The notes beneath the pieces were generated by a model, which did not search any database, had not been told where the DNA came from, and saw only the letters and a list, made by a program, of their open reading frames with translations. The translations under genes and the position numbers were made by a program. This document shows, piece after piece, positions 1 through 13,895 of a stretch of 64,000 nt of DNA (its first letter is position 1; each line of letters starts with the position of its first letter). Location: the NCBI GenBank assembly GCA_965153355.1, contig OZ231126.1, forward strand, positions 44,392,001-44,456,000, read 5' to 3'. This stretch comes from Flaccisagitta enflata. Taxonomy: Eukaryota.

Positions 1-1403
1 TTTAACCCCCAGTTACGTTACAAAAGATTCGATGGAAAAGCCCCACGCGGTCGTTCGCGCCGAAGCAATGATGCTCCTCGCCATAAACCTCCTCAGTCCC
101 CTCGTTTTACCTCCGCACTTCCATAAATCCCTCTTCATCTCATTTTCTCCCTGCTCCCGACCCTTGGCTATTCTCGCCTCCCTCCCCCCCCCCCACTTAC
201 GAACTCACACCGCCCCCCCGCCCTCCTCTTTCCTCCCCACGTGTGGCTATTATTACCCCCCACGTAAACCGTTATCTCAGATGTTTCTAGAGTTTCCCCG
301 AAATTTCTCAGCTGAGTGGACATAACAGCGATTAACAGGAGAACGTAGGTCCAGGCGAGCGAATAAGGCGGAAGAAACGTGGCAACAAATCATCGTCTTT
401 CTAGTTTTCTCTCTATTCTTTCATTTTTTTCTGCCTTGCTTTTTTCCAACCCTTTCTTCCTCTCTTAACTCGTTCCTCGATCTTCAAAATTATCTTAGGT
501 TGAACTCTTTGTCTTCTCATAAGCTTTCCAGTATGCCTTGCAAGCATCCGCTGTGTGGGTCCTATTCGCCATTTTTTTCGAGGATGCGAAATCGACCAAT
601 ATCGTGATTTCGGGGCATTACTGCCCCTACCGAATCAACTGCGAATCAGTTACGGACCTGCAGTACGCCCTCTAGCCTTCCTCGTGGGAAGATTCGTTGA
701 AAAGCGTCACGAAACTTCATGCCGAACGTTTCTCAACGCCTCATTCGAGTGTGTCAAAATTTAAAAAACTTTTTTGATCAGATCGTCATCATCAAGGAGT
801 GTTGGGACACTAATTTTAAGCTACTTACCATTTTTCTTTTTCTTAATTTCATTCATCTTCCGTTTTTTTTAAATCGCCATTTAGCCCCTAATTTGTATAT
901 TGTAGTGCAGCTGGTTTTGCACCGGGATTCTTGATCATAAGAATAAAAATCAGAACCCATTTCTTATCTTATTCGTTAATCTAAAAAGAATTGGTTAAAA
1001 TATTTTACTTTTCATAAGAAGAAATAGTAATAAAAAAAACATATTTTTTTGAATAATATATCAATCTCATTTTCAACAAAACTGGGTAGAGTCGCTAAAA
1101 GTATATATATTTTTGACAATCTTTACTCGCGCTAAAAAAACGGAAGATGATTGAAATTGAAAAAAATAAAAATGGTAAGTGTCTTGTAATTAGTGTCTTC
1201 ACACTCCCTGATGATGATGAGCTGATCAAAAGACCTTTTATATATTGACACACCCGAACGCCTCATTCTTAATTCTTAACCTCTGTCTTATCTTCTCTTC
1301 GTGTATGTCTCATTTAACGTTTTGATCTGTATGTCTATCATGTGAATAAAGTGCATATAAGCGATCCAATATTGGTTGTACATCCGGTCATGTTTTTCTT
1401 TAT

Positions 1404-1582
1404 AAACAAGGCCGGATACACGGCCAATACCAGTCGCGGACGGGTGGGCAGGGGCGGAAATGCGCGTTTTCACACTTTCAAACTCGTCACCACGGACCAA
1501 CCAACCGACCAACCGACCAACCAACCAACCGACGGACGGACGGACAAAGCCTCTTATAGAGTCGCTAGTACGCGACTAAAAA
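1404..1582 (-). mobile_element. Short HINE (DINE-1-like Helentron non-autonomous element)
   Basis: subTIR AGTCGCG, GTCY microsatellite, 3' hairpin GGCCGTGTATCCGGCC+TTGTT, T-rich insertion site. Confidence 0.8.
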
Positions 1583-2054
1583 CTCATAGCATTGTCCAAA
1601 TCGATTCAGCTTAGTGTCGTAACTGGCGTTTTAAGGTGGCGTGAGTCATGCTTTCTCACAATTCTTTGGTTCTCTTGTTATTTGTTACTCAATTTCTTGG
1701 TAAACAAGCAAACAAACAAAAAATGTTTAAGGATTAAGGAACTCCTTCAAAGAAGAGAGAGAGTTGTAACAAGGGCGGTAACCGTTGAAATTCACCGACT
1801 GTCAAAACTAAGAAAAAGTAACCGGTTGTTTTATGGCATTTTTTAACAGAAAAATTATCCAAAGCCTTCCTTAACCAACCAGTCATTCTTCCCCCCCCCC
1901 CATCCCCACCCTCTCTGCGTAAGACTCGTACCTCTCACAATCTGAGACGCTGGTTTTCTTCAACCATTAATCCCTTGATGCCCAGGCCTCCCTCTCTTCG
2001 TTTTTTACAAGCAAACTAACTCTTAAACAAATGGAAGTAGGATGATACGCCAAG

Positions 2055-2101
<47 letters not shown>

Positions 2102-2705
2102 AATAGATAAAAAAAACCTCAGAAACTGACCGCCTTCAGTTATGATGTATGGTAACCAAAGAAAAATGGTGCAGCTAAGGTTTGGCCAAAACTTGCCGCC
2201 ACCGCTGCCGCCACCGCCTGCGTCACGGCCACCACCGCCGCCTCTTCCGCCGCCACTATTGCCCTTCAGCCGCGGCGGGGAAAAAGAAAAAGAATTGTTG
2301 GGCGTCTCCTTATTTGCCAAATTTATTTCCCGAATTTTGAAAGAATTATGGCGTTCAAAGTGGTTCGCTTAAAACAGTTCTGGGACGATCATTTTTATCA
2401 GGAAAAAAACTGAAGGCATAGAAAAAAAATAAATAAAAAAAGTAAGAACCCAAATACGGGGGAAAAGCGCCAAAATGTTTTTCTTTCTTTTCACAAAGTC
2501 ATGAAAATGTCACGACATAAAAGACATGAAAAAAAAAAATGAACTAATCGCTGAAAGTTAATTAGTCAACCAAGCCAAGAAAAAGAAATTCTTAGTACAT
2601 CCGCTTCTACGGCTCTTTTTCCAGATTGAAAACCACTTTCGTTATATTACGTCCGTCTTTCTAACACCGGCATCAACCTAAATCCCTATACCGTTTGGTC
2701 AAAAT

Positions 2706-2775
<70 letters not shown>

Positions 2776-2958
2776 CTTTTTCTCTTCGCCCGTAAAACCA
2801 GAATAAAGCCTAAGATTTTTAAGACCAGCAGAAAATATGGTGGCATTATCGGCAGCCCAAGAGAGATAGAGAAGAGTAAAACGATGAATAACGCGATGGG
2901 ATGAGGGAGGGGGGAAAGGAAAGTGGTGGTCAAAAAGGAAGGTTAAACACTGACTTAC

Positions 2959-3052
2959 TCGGGGAGGGAGGAGTGATGAAGGGGTTTACGAAGGCGCTTG
3001 GGCAGTTTCATCGGCAGACCAAAGAAACAAAGGATAACCAGTGAGACCAAGA
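2959..3052 (-). CDS. Exon completing the TM helix plus basic tail: (V)LVSLVILCFFGLPMKLPKRLRKPLHHSSLP
   Basis: Acceptor gcgtataacag|TC, donor GA|GTAAGT, 94 nt, phase 1 to 2; joins the 9349-9299 exon into one hydrophobic stretch followed by K/R residues. Confidence 0.55.
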
Positions 3053-3377
3053 CTGTTATACGCAGATGGGGGGACTTGGGGGTAACGCGGCGGTCGTGGT
3101 AGTGTAGGGAAAGGAAAGTGGGTGAATATCACGTGCTGGAAGACCGACAGATTAAGGCAAACAGAAGACATTATGCAAGAGAAAATTAACCGAATTCATT
3201 TAAATGACCCTTTCAATCAATTCATGAAGAAAGACAAGCAACGGATGAAATGACAACAATAACAACAACAACAACAAAAAAGAAAAAAAAAGAAACACAA
3301 ATAAGACAAGGCATAAACGAATAATACCTTATCATTCTTAAATACAATCTTTGCAGCAATCATGAAGACACAATATA

Positions 3378-4143
3378 CCCTATCTTCAAAAGCAACTGTA
3401 ACCAGCAAAAGTTGTATTATGTGATAACTATTCCTATTACAAAATTGGGATTTTTTCTATCTTAAAGCATATCAACTGTGATTTCTTCATGCAAAATTTC
3501 AGCACTTTTTATCGAATGGTTTAGCTTCTGCACTATTTTAAAGTAGGACACCATTTATGGTGAAACAACTGTCTATTTCAAATATGAATGGGGGTGTTTG
3601 ACTTCAAACTTACGAAACTTTTAAACGCTTTGAGCTAAGATTTTGGTATTGGTCTCAAATTGAAGATTTTTTGAAGGGGACAATATCAGGTTTTAGAAAA
3701 ACCCATATTTAGATGTTTTTATTAGGTTCTTATTGAGTTTTTCCCTGATTTTTCATATTTCAATAACATTTCATGTTAAAAATTTATTTTTCTTTATAAC
3801 AATATCTTATGATTACACACAATATGATTGAAAATCTTATTAGTAATTGAGATAATTTAGTCTGGGATAAATCCAGATACTCAAAATCAATCTTTTTGCT
3901 ATTTGCACTAGGTGGAATAAAATTTTGCTTTTTTATTCTATATTAAAATTGCAATATTTTGGGGAAATTTGGATATTTTTCAAAATGATGTAGAAGCTAA
4001 ACCACTTGATAAAAAGTGTTGAAATTTTGCATGAAGAAACCGCAGTCAATATGCTTTAAGATAGAAAAAATCCGAATTTTGTAATAGGAATAGTTTCCAC
4101 ACAGTACAACTTATGCTGGTTACAGTTGCTTTTGAAGACAGGG
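3378..4143. mobile_element. MITE with ~165-bp TIRs, TA-flanked
   Basis: ta|CCCTATCTTCAAAAGCAACTGTAACCAGC ... GCTGGTTACAGTTGCTTTTGAAGACAGGG|ta. Confidence 0.85.
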
Positions 4144-4309
4144 TACAGTCAAATGGACTGATGGACGCGTTCTGTCCACAATCCCATATCTACGTGCGCT
4201 TACTTGCACATGCGCGCACTGATGTGTTTGTGGGTGTGTCTCCTGAGTTTTGTATTTGCGAAGCTGCGTAGAAGAGGTCAGCCGCTTTGACCAAAGAGGA
4301 AGGAAAAGA

Positions 4310-4420
4310 AAGAGCAAGAGAAGAGAGAGAGAGAGAGAGAAAGAGAAAGAGAGAGAGATTAGTCAATGACAATGACGGAGAGATAGGTAGACAAGAGATA
4401 AGAGAGAAAGGATGAGAGGA

Positions 4421-4480
<60 letters not shown>

Positions 4481-4535
4481 GAGAAAGAAAGAGAGAAGAA
4501 AGAAAAAAAGAAAGAGACAATGAAAGAAAGGAAAA

Positions 4536-4623
<88 letters not shown>

Positions 4624-4690
4624 AAAATGAAAGAAAACAAAACAGAGAAAGAGAGAAAAGAGAAAAAAGAGAGAGAAATTGAGAGGGGGC
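4310..4690. repeat. (GA)n/(GAAA)n microsatellite block
   Basis: Direct inspection. Confidence 0.95.
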
Positions 4691-4907
4691 AAGAAGTGCG
4701 GTCAGTTTGTGCGGTCAGTTTTGGAGCAATTCCTTGGGCGGACACCGGTCAGCCTGGCAGCGGCGGACACCGGGCAGCCGGACGCAAGATTTATGCTCAG
4801 TTGGGGCTCACAGAAAAGGTAAACACAATTATTTTCGGACGGACCGAACAATAGAAAGCCAAAACAAGAATCAGAAAGGAAGAAAAAAGAGAGATAGATG
4901 AGGGAGT

Positions 4908-4950
<43 letters not shown>

Positions 4951-4968
4951 AGAGAAAGAGAAAGAGAG

Positions 4969-4999
<31 letters not shown>

Positions 5000-5116
5000 G
5001 AAAGAGAGTATTCAACAAAATCTCCCGGGGCCTGGAATCGCCAAATAGAGATCTCCTCCACTCCTCGGAGAAGCCAAGAAGAACGTCAATGGATAAACGC
5101 GCCAGGAAGGAGTAAG

Positions 5117-5265
5117 GAAGAGAAGTAGAGGTGTGGTGGAAGAGAAGTAGAGAGGTGTGGTGGAAGAGAAGTAGAGAGGCGTGGTGGAAGACAAGTAGAG
5201 AGGTGTGGTGGAAGAGAAGTAGAGAGGTGTGGTGGAAGAGAAGTGGAGAGGTGTGGTGGAAGAGA
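5117..5265. repeat. 24-bp minisatellite GAAGAGAAGTAGAGAGGTGTGGTG, ~6 copies
   Basis: Direct inspection. Confidence 0.9.
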
Positions 5266-5880
5266 GACCACGGATGAAAGGTGGTGGATGTCGTTGGAAT
5301 CGATCTTGAAACTGAAAGTCAGCTGGTGAAAGACTACGAATGGATGGTAGTAACGGTAGTGAGTCGATTGTACAACTTACATTTCAAATATCAAGTTTGT
5401 CAGATGAAATTAAAAGAGTTAAATACCTTCCTCCAGTTTAGCCTGTTATTCCACGAACCCCACTGTAGGTGGTGACAGAACTTAGACGAAGGTGGGCAAA
5501 CAGGATGGACGCACAGGTGGATTGCAGGAGGAAGTAAACTGGTGAGAAAAGATTACGGTCAAAAAGTTGTGGCGGTTGCAGAGGTGGTAATGTAGTGAAA
5601 ATTGTGATGTAACCATTCTAAGCATGATGTAGGTATTGTAGGTGAGAGATGACAGCTCAAGAGTACAGAAAGGTGTGAAGAGACTATGGCAGGTGGGAGA
5701 TGGAAATGATTAAGAGAAGGAGAAGGGGGAGGGGTGAAATAGATGATTTGGAGAGAAGATTCGATGTTCTTGCAAAGGGTATGACACTTTTTCACGTCAT
5801 AAAACGTCGTTACCTCATAACTCCTTACGGCCCCTGACGACTTCTAAAATAGTTTCAAAGAGACGGAATGGTCGCGATCG

Positions 5881-6250
<370 letters not shown>

Positions 6251-6774
6251 GAATTCTCTTCCTATATTTATGCAAAAATGATTTGAATAAGGTTGTAAAA
6301 AAAGGAGGACGTACAAGGAAAGGCATAAAAGGAGGTGTTTTTACGACTAAAAGCCCAAAGTTGGGGAAAAGAATGAATAGTCGAAACCGCGACCAAAACG
6401 ATTTCAAAAAGTGCTCCAAAAGCATAACAGTATTCATATATGCTTAAAAGATATCATTTTCCTTTCGTCTTTTTTAGCTTCGCAGCTGGTGAATTGAAAT
6501 TGAATGGATGGCAGATGTTACATTTTCAGATGTGTCTGAAAAGTATAAAGGACGATTTTCAGAGAAATTTGGAATAGGTCTAGTGAATGCAAGTCTTTCA
6601 TCCAAATAATACCTATAATAGTCTATCATAGAAATAATACCCAGAGTAAAGATTTTATCCAACATCCTGTCAGCAGTTTGTTCAAAAGTAATGTTCAAAA
6701 GTGCATTCTCAACGCTGCGCTGCCATGACTCTCGAAGTGAGGCACTCTTAACGGAAAGAATGCTTTTTTTTTCT

Positions 6775-6932
6775 TTTTAGTTGCGGACACGCAACTCTAT
6801 AAAAGCCTTTGTCCGTCGGTCCGTCCGTCGGTCCGTCCGTCCGTGAACACGAATTGAAAAGTGTGAAAACGCGCATTTCCGCCCATGCCCACCCGTCCGC
6901 AACTGGTATTGGCCGTGTATCCGGCCTTGTTT
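6775..6932 (+). mobile_element. Short HINE (type copy)
   Basis: TTTTAGTTGCGGACACGCAACT, (GTCC)n, GTCCGCAACT, GGCCGTGTATCCGGCC, TTGTT. Confidence 0.85.
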
Positions 6933-7423
6933 GAAGGAAAAGATCATTTTTGCCAAAATATGATTGTGGTTTTTTTGGGGAGTGGAAAGAAGGAAGAAAG
7001 AAAAAGAAAAGGAATAGTCACTTTGGGAATTGAATGTCAATTCGATGAAAAACGATAAAACGCCGTCTAGAGAATGCTTTTAACGGTTAACTGACAGGCG
7101 TCACCGACAAACGAAATCTTCTTGTTCCTTCTCTAGAGCAAAGGTTTTTTTTAAGAAATAAAAAAAGATGATTTTCCTGTACTGCTCAAATCTGGATTTG
7201 ATGAGATTTCTTGAACAGCTTTAAATCAATCATATGGTGAAACTATCGATTTTCTTGACATGATGATTACATTGTACGAATCAACAGATCACCTTTTTCT
7301 GGACAAATTGAATATCTTACATTAACGCGAGCTCTTTTGGATGGAAAGTTGATCGATTGATTGCAAAAAAGGAACGGTTGGAACGAAACTATGAGGTAGG
7401 AAAAAGATAGGGGAAAAAGTTAG

Positions 7424-7627
7424 AACAAGTGACGCGGGGTCACAATATCGTTGTGGACGGGTGGGCAGGGAAAGCCCCCCATCCACACCCAACACCTTTC
7501 CTAATAAAAACAAAAAGCTTCTAAAACATTTGTTTTCCCACTTTTTGACTCATGCTGACGGTCGGACGGACCAACGGACAGACGGACGGACGGAGCCTCT
7601 TATAGAGTTGCGTCTCCGCAACTAAAA
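7424..7627 (-). mobile_element. Short HINE, GTGACCCCGCGTCAC-hairpin subfamily
   Basis: Same architecture with alternative 3' hairpin. Confidence 0.8.
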
Positions 7628-8168
7628 GGGCAAAAATAATAGGCCCAAGGGTGGCACTGGCAGCGACTTATTTCGTTAGAAAAAGTAGCGCGCATCAGCG
7701 TCAGCCTAAACCACCGACGCCGATCTTGATCATCGCTGACAAACAGATCAACGCCGTTCCCACAGGCGTCATCACATGGGCTTTTAGCGGAGCTGGCAAC
7801 AACACAATGATGCACGTTGTCACCAGCGTCATCTTACGCCCGCGCCTGTATCACCGGTATCATCTTACGCGAGCGGCTTCATCACCCGCGGCGTCCTCTT
7901 AACTTTTTCGAGCGCGGTTCCATCACCGGCGCGGCGTCACATCCGTTCCTACAAACCATCAGCGCCGCCAAACGGTTGCCATCGGCGTTACCGTCGGGAA
8001 TTTCAAGCCTCAGCAAAGCCGCCGCATCATAATAGATTTCTTTCCCTCCTTTTTTTTTCTTTTTGAAAAAAAAGAGAAAATGGAATTCTCACCGTAATGA
8101 AGGAAGGACCCGTTTATAGCTATACGAGGCGGCAATGATGCCGCACACAATTTCAGAACGGAAGCGAG

Positions 8169-8800
8169 AATAGTCGCAAAAGCGTTAGATGGTCAGCGGT
8201 ACCCGTGCCCTGCCTAAGTAGGTTGTGGTTCAATTTGAGGGGGGAGCAGGGCAGCGGCCCCGAAGGGGTCGATGACCTATGCTTTCACACATATGGGGGA
8301 TTTTCTCCTTCTCCTTCTCCTTCTTCTCCTCCTCCTTCTCCTTCTTCTCCTCCTCCGTCCCTCCCCCCTCAAATCCCAGTCTCAAGGCCCAAATTCCAGT
8401 CTCGAGGCCCAAATCCCAGCCTCAAGGCCCAAATCCCAGCCTCAAGGCCCAAATCCTAGCCTGGAGGCTGAGATTTGGGCCTCAAGGCGTGGATCTTGGC
8501 CTCTTGGCTGAGATTTTGACATTGAGGCTGAGATTTGGGCCTCAAGACTGAAATCTGGGCCTTGAGGCTAGGATTTGGGCCTTGAGGCTAGGATTTGGGC
8601 CTCGAGGCTAGGATTTGGGCCTCGAGGCTGGGATGTGGGCCTCAAGACTGGGATTTGGGCCTCGAGACTGGAATTTGGGCCTCGAGACTGGGATTTGAGG
8701 GGGGGGACGTAGAAGGAGAAGAAGGAGAAGGAGAAGGAGAAAATCCCCCATATGTGTGAAAGCATAGGTCATCGACCCCTTCGGGGCCGCTGCCCAAAAA
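8169..8800 (-). mobile_element. Long HINE-like element with extended subTIRs and internal 20-bp minisatellite
   Basis: GGGCAGCGGCCCCGAAGGGGTCGATGACCTATGCTTTCACACATATGGGGG inverted at both ends; 3' tail GGTACCGCTGACC...CGCTTTTGCGACTATT; no TSD, T-run start. Confidence 0.75.
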
Positions 8801-8937
8801 GGAGGAGAGGAACGATAGAGGAGAGAGCTCAAAGAGGACAACAACGACCGGGAAACATGACGGTTAGAGTATGGTGCAAAATGGGGAGAAAGTGGTGGTG
8901 ATGATGATGAAGAGGTGTTGAAGGGCTAGTAAAGCTG

Positions 8938-9096
8938 AACAAGGCCGGATACACGGCCAATACCAGTTGCGGACGGGTGGGCATGGGGGGATATGCGCGT
9001 TTTCCCGCTTTCGACTCGTGCTGATGGACCGACGGACGGACGGACGGACGGACGGACGGACAAAGCCTCTTATAGTTGCGTGTCCGCAACTAAAAA
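8938..9096 (-). mobile_element. Short HINE
   Basis: Near-identical termini to 6775-6932. Confidence 0.8.
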
Positions 9097-9298
9097 GAAG
9101 AGAGGTAAATGAGAAAAAAAACTGGGTTTGGATTCAGGCTTTTTTGGAACAAGAAATTTGGCACAGTTGAGACACGGAGAAGGTAAGGCGGGGGGGGGAG
9201 GGAAAACGTCACCATAAAAGTGGAAATGACGAAGAATGTGGCAAAAAGGTGAAGGAGAGAGCAAGAAAGATGGAAAACCAGAAATAAGCGTTACTCAC

Positions 9299-9349
9299 CA
9301 GCACAGCCTACGCCTACGGCAACAAAAATCAAAACAAGAAATAAATAAT
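9299..9349 (-). CDS. Short hydrophobic exon: (N)YLFLVLIFVAVGVGCA (start of a transmembrane segment)
   Basis: Acceptor tatctcctcttttcgcag|AT, donor CTG|GTGAGT, 51 nt, phase 1 to 1. Confidence 0.55.
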
Positions 9350-9447
9350 CTGCGAAAAGAGGAGATACTGAGAGGAAGGAGAACATAGAATTTGATGATA
9401 TGAAGTTTGCCAAAAAGTGAATGGCCCGCAGTAGGGGTTAGCCAAGA

Positions 9448-9516
<69 letters not shown>

Positions 9517-9697
9517 GTTGTCCAATGGTTGCGACAACGGGTTTATTGAAGACAAGAACGAAGTATGGCCCATACTTTAGGGCGACAAATCAAAAATTGC
9601 CGCCGCCCGAAAAATGATGACTCGGACCTATCATTTCCATTCCCACACCAGAGACCTTTAAATATTCTCCTATTCTCTCTTTCTCTGTCTCTCTCTT

Positions 9698-9789
<92 letters not shown>

Positions 9790-10290
9790 GGTTGTAAATT
9801 TTGGATTTCCTACTTTTACTTGACCGAATGTGGGTTATGGTTTTGGGTTAGAGATATGAGAGGAGCCAAATCAAAACCAAAAGAGAATAAGGAATATAAA
9901 AAGAATGTTTAAGAAAGAAAGAAAGACAGAAAGACAAAAAGACAGAAAAAAAGAAAGAAGGAAAGAAGGAACGAAAGAAAGAAGGAACGAAATAAAGAAA
10001 TAAAGAAAGAGTAACAACATTGACATAAAAAGAGAAAAGTAGTAGTGTCCTCACACGCACGAGATGTAAAAGGCGGATGACACCGCAGAGAATCGCGGCA
10101 CGGAGGCGTCACTACGCGAGTTAACGACCGCGCTTGCCTTCAAGAGGTTGACAGACTGACGGACGGACGACCATAAACCATTTCTACATGGAATCATCGA
10201 CTTAATATTTGATATCAAAGTCCAGGATTGATTTTTGTGCGCGAGCGCACGATATGAAAAAGTGGGATTGATTTCTTATCTCAGATGGCA

Positions 10291-10348
<58 letters not shown>

Positions 10349-10433
10349 CACAGAAGAAAAGGCATTTGTCAAACGCGCACCTCGACTGGTTAAGTGCGTG
10401 CAAATCGCGCAACATGCGCGCGTGAATAAACGC

Positions 10434-10655
10434 AACAAGTGACGCGGGGTCACAATATCGTTGCGGACGAGTGGACAGGGGCTTCCAACCCCATCTACAC
10501 CTAAATCCCCATCCTCAACACACAAACATACACAAAAAGTACCTAAAACGCTCGTTTTTCAACTTTGAGACTCGGATCACCACGGATCGATGGACGGACC
10601 GACGGACCAATGGACAGGCAGAGCCACTTATAGAGTTGCGTGTCCGCAACTAAAA
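10434..10655 (-). mobile_element. Short HINE, GTGAC-hairpin subfamily
   Basis: Termini as 7424-7627. Confidence 0.8.
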
Positions 10656-11074
10656 GCAACCACCCCTTTTATGTCTTCTCCTCCTTCTCTGACTATCTCT
10701 GCTTCCTTGTGCTTCTCCTTTTCTTCATCATTTTTTTTCTTTCTCTTTCACTTTTACCTCCTCTTTCTAATTTTTTTCTAATTCTTCCTTTTTGTCTACT
10801 TATCCATCCCCTCCATCACCTTCTCAACTACCCTCCCCTCCGGCCTTTCCCACCATCTCTCCAATATCGTCATTTCTTCCTCCCGCTTTTCCATCATTCT
10901 TCATTGGCCATTTCCGGTGATAGGCACACACACGTTTGCGCGTGCGCGTTTTCACGTACATTTGAGTGCGAGACATGAAACGTCGTCGTCGTCGACGTTG
11001 TCAAAAGAAGGGTGACACGCAATCATCCTGTCCATTGGCTTTTTTTTTCACGAAGGATGAGTTATGAATGTCCG

Positions 11075-11161
<87 letters not shown>

Positions 11162-11526
11162 GCTGGTAAATCCTTTGCTGACGCCTTATCGACTGGAAAC
11201 AAAAATATGCTCAGGTTCGACGGACATTTATCTTTTTAGGCCGCGCGACAACAGACCTGACTGACAAATTTATGTCTTGAGCGGTTCGTTTGGTCGTTGT
11301 TGAATGGTTTGGTCGTTGTTGAATGGTTTGGTCGGTTCGATTGGTTTCGTGCGTGTGGTCAGTTGGCCATGATTGATCGACTCAGAAATGCGACATTCTC
11401 TCGGACATTTTTGTTCTTCCCGTGAGCTTATGGTTGTTGTTGATTTTGACTGCATGTTAGAGTATTCACTGTTCAGCTTGAAACATCAGCATAGGCCGTA
11501 AGTGCGTAGCTCCTTCCCTTCCCCTC

Positions 11527-11993
<467 letters not shown>

Positions 11994-12882
11994 GCCATTT
12001 CTTTTCAGTTCTTTTCTGCGTTGTTTATGAATATGAGTTGACCACGTTGGCCTCTTGCACCTGCGGCCTTTCACCTGCCCTCTTCACCCGTCGGCAACCC
12101 ACGCCAGCCGAGACGTCGGAAACCGGAAACGCCAGAAAGCTGCCGGAAAACGCGCGCCTCACGAAAAAGAAAAAAAATGGCGGAGAAACTACACGCAAGA
12201 CGAAAAAAAAAATGGCGCGTACAACTTTTTTTCCCCATCTCTTTTTTCTCTCCTTCTTCTCATCTTGTTCATTTTATTTTCTCACCCCCATTCTTCATAC
12301 CCTCTGCAGTCATTATTTGTCATCTCTCCTTGTACCAAAACGCACATACTACCTTCTACCAGTCCGTACTATTAGCACTGGTTTTATATTACTTCCCCCA
12401 TTCCATTACAACATCCCTCTCACACCAGATTTTGGGCAATTTTTTTCTTGCCTTTCAGTTTCCCTTTCACTAATCACTTCTACTTTCTCGTCAATCCTTT
12501 GATCCCTTCATCATCCTCTTTTGTTTTATTTTTTTTTTATATAAATCTCTTATCTTCAATCATGACCATGTCTAAACTTCACAGACTCCCGGTCATGTTC
12601 TAGATAGCGTCAGTGCGCCCGGGTGGAACGTAATATTCGCGAAAAATAACTTCTACACACATCTGCATTTCATGTTATCTACAAGTTCGTATTTCGATTT
12701 CTATGACATTCTCTCTCACTCTGTCAACTGTCAAGTGATAATTCTGCCAAATTACCAAGAAAAACTATCTCAAGACTCGATATAAATAATGTGCCAAGAG
12801 ATACATAGGCCTACAACTTTTGTCGTACCATTTGCGGTCCTGCGAACCTTAAATAACACATGACACTAAAGTCACAAAGTGC

Positions 12883-13010
12883 GCTTAACATGTGATTCGC
12901 TTATCATGTGATTCGCTTATCACGTGATTTGCTTATCACGTAATGTGTCTCTCGTGTGATGTGTCTATCGTGTGATGTGTCTATCACGTGATGTGTCTAT
13001 CACGTGGTGT
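12883..13010. repeat. 16-bp minisatellite, 8 units (GCTTATCACGTGATTY / GTCTATCACGTGATGT)
   Basis: Units start at 12883, 12899, 12915, 12931, 12947, 12963, 12979, 12995. Confidence 0.9.
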
Positions 13011-13248
13011 TGCAGTGCGCGGGTTTCGACTCTGACCTTTGAAACCAATTTCCTCCTTTCAAGGATTTATGGAAACGTGGAAAAAGTAAGCAATTCACAA
13101 CAGCAAACGACCAACGACAACAACAAAACAACAACAACAACGAAAAAAACAAGGACAGCTAGATGGACAACAGTTACAGAAGGAACCAAACGAGAATGAG
13201 ACAACAAATAAACAATTTCTTTGCAAGAAAACAATAAGGGCGATAACG

Positions 13249-13293
<45 letters not shown>

Positions 13294-13396
13294 TGGATGA
13301 CCAGAGCCGTTATCTAGATGTTTAGAAAAAAAATCATCTCATATTTCGCTAAAAGTACTTCACGAAAATACTAAAAAGAAAGTGAAGAAAACATAG

Positions 13397-13720
13397 AATG
13401 CCTGAGAATGACCAAGAATACCTTAAAATGACTTAGAATGACTTAGAATGACTTAAAATGACCAAAAATGATGAAATGACCTTATGACCAAAAATGACTT
13501 AAAGTTACTTAGATTTAGAATGACTTAAAATGACTTAGAATCATTTGTTGCACATATCATAGAATGACTTAGAATGCCTTAAAATTACTTAAAATGACTA
13601 AAAATGACTAAAAGAAATACAAGTGATAAAAAAAGTAAAGTGTGACGGACCGACCAACCGACCAACCGACCGACCGACGGACAAAGCGGGTTGTAGAGTC
13701 GCGTGCACGCGACTAAAAAT
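13397..13720 (-). mobile_element. 3'-truncated HINE with AATGACTTAR 10-bp array
   Basis: 5' hairpin AGTCGCGTGCACGCGACT present, 3' hairpin absent. Confidence 0.7.
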
Positions 13721-13788
13721 TCATCTCATATTTCGCTAAAAGTACTTCACGAAAATACTAAAAAGAAAGTGAAGAAAACATAGCAACG

Positions 13789-13869
<81 letters not shown>

Positions 13870-13895
13870 AGGCAATAGCAAGGACAAAAAAGAAA

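Noticed and set aside
1967-2022. Terminal exon (EVSLLVKNEEREAWASRD*) and another open segment at 310-201
   Set aside because: Phase-compatible or open but too short and ambiguous to call
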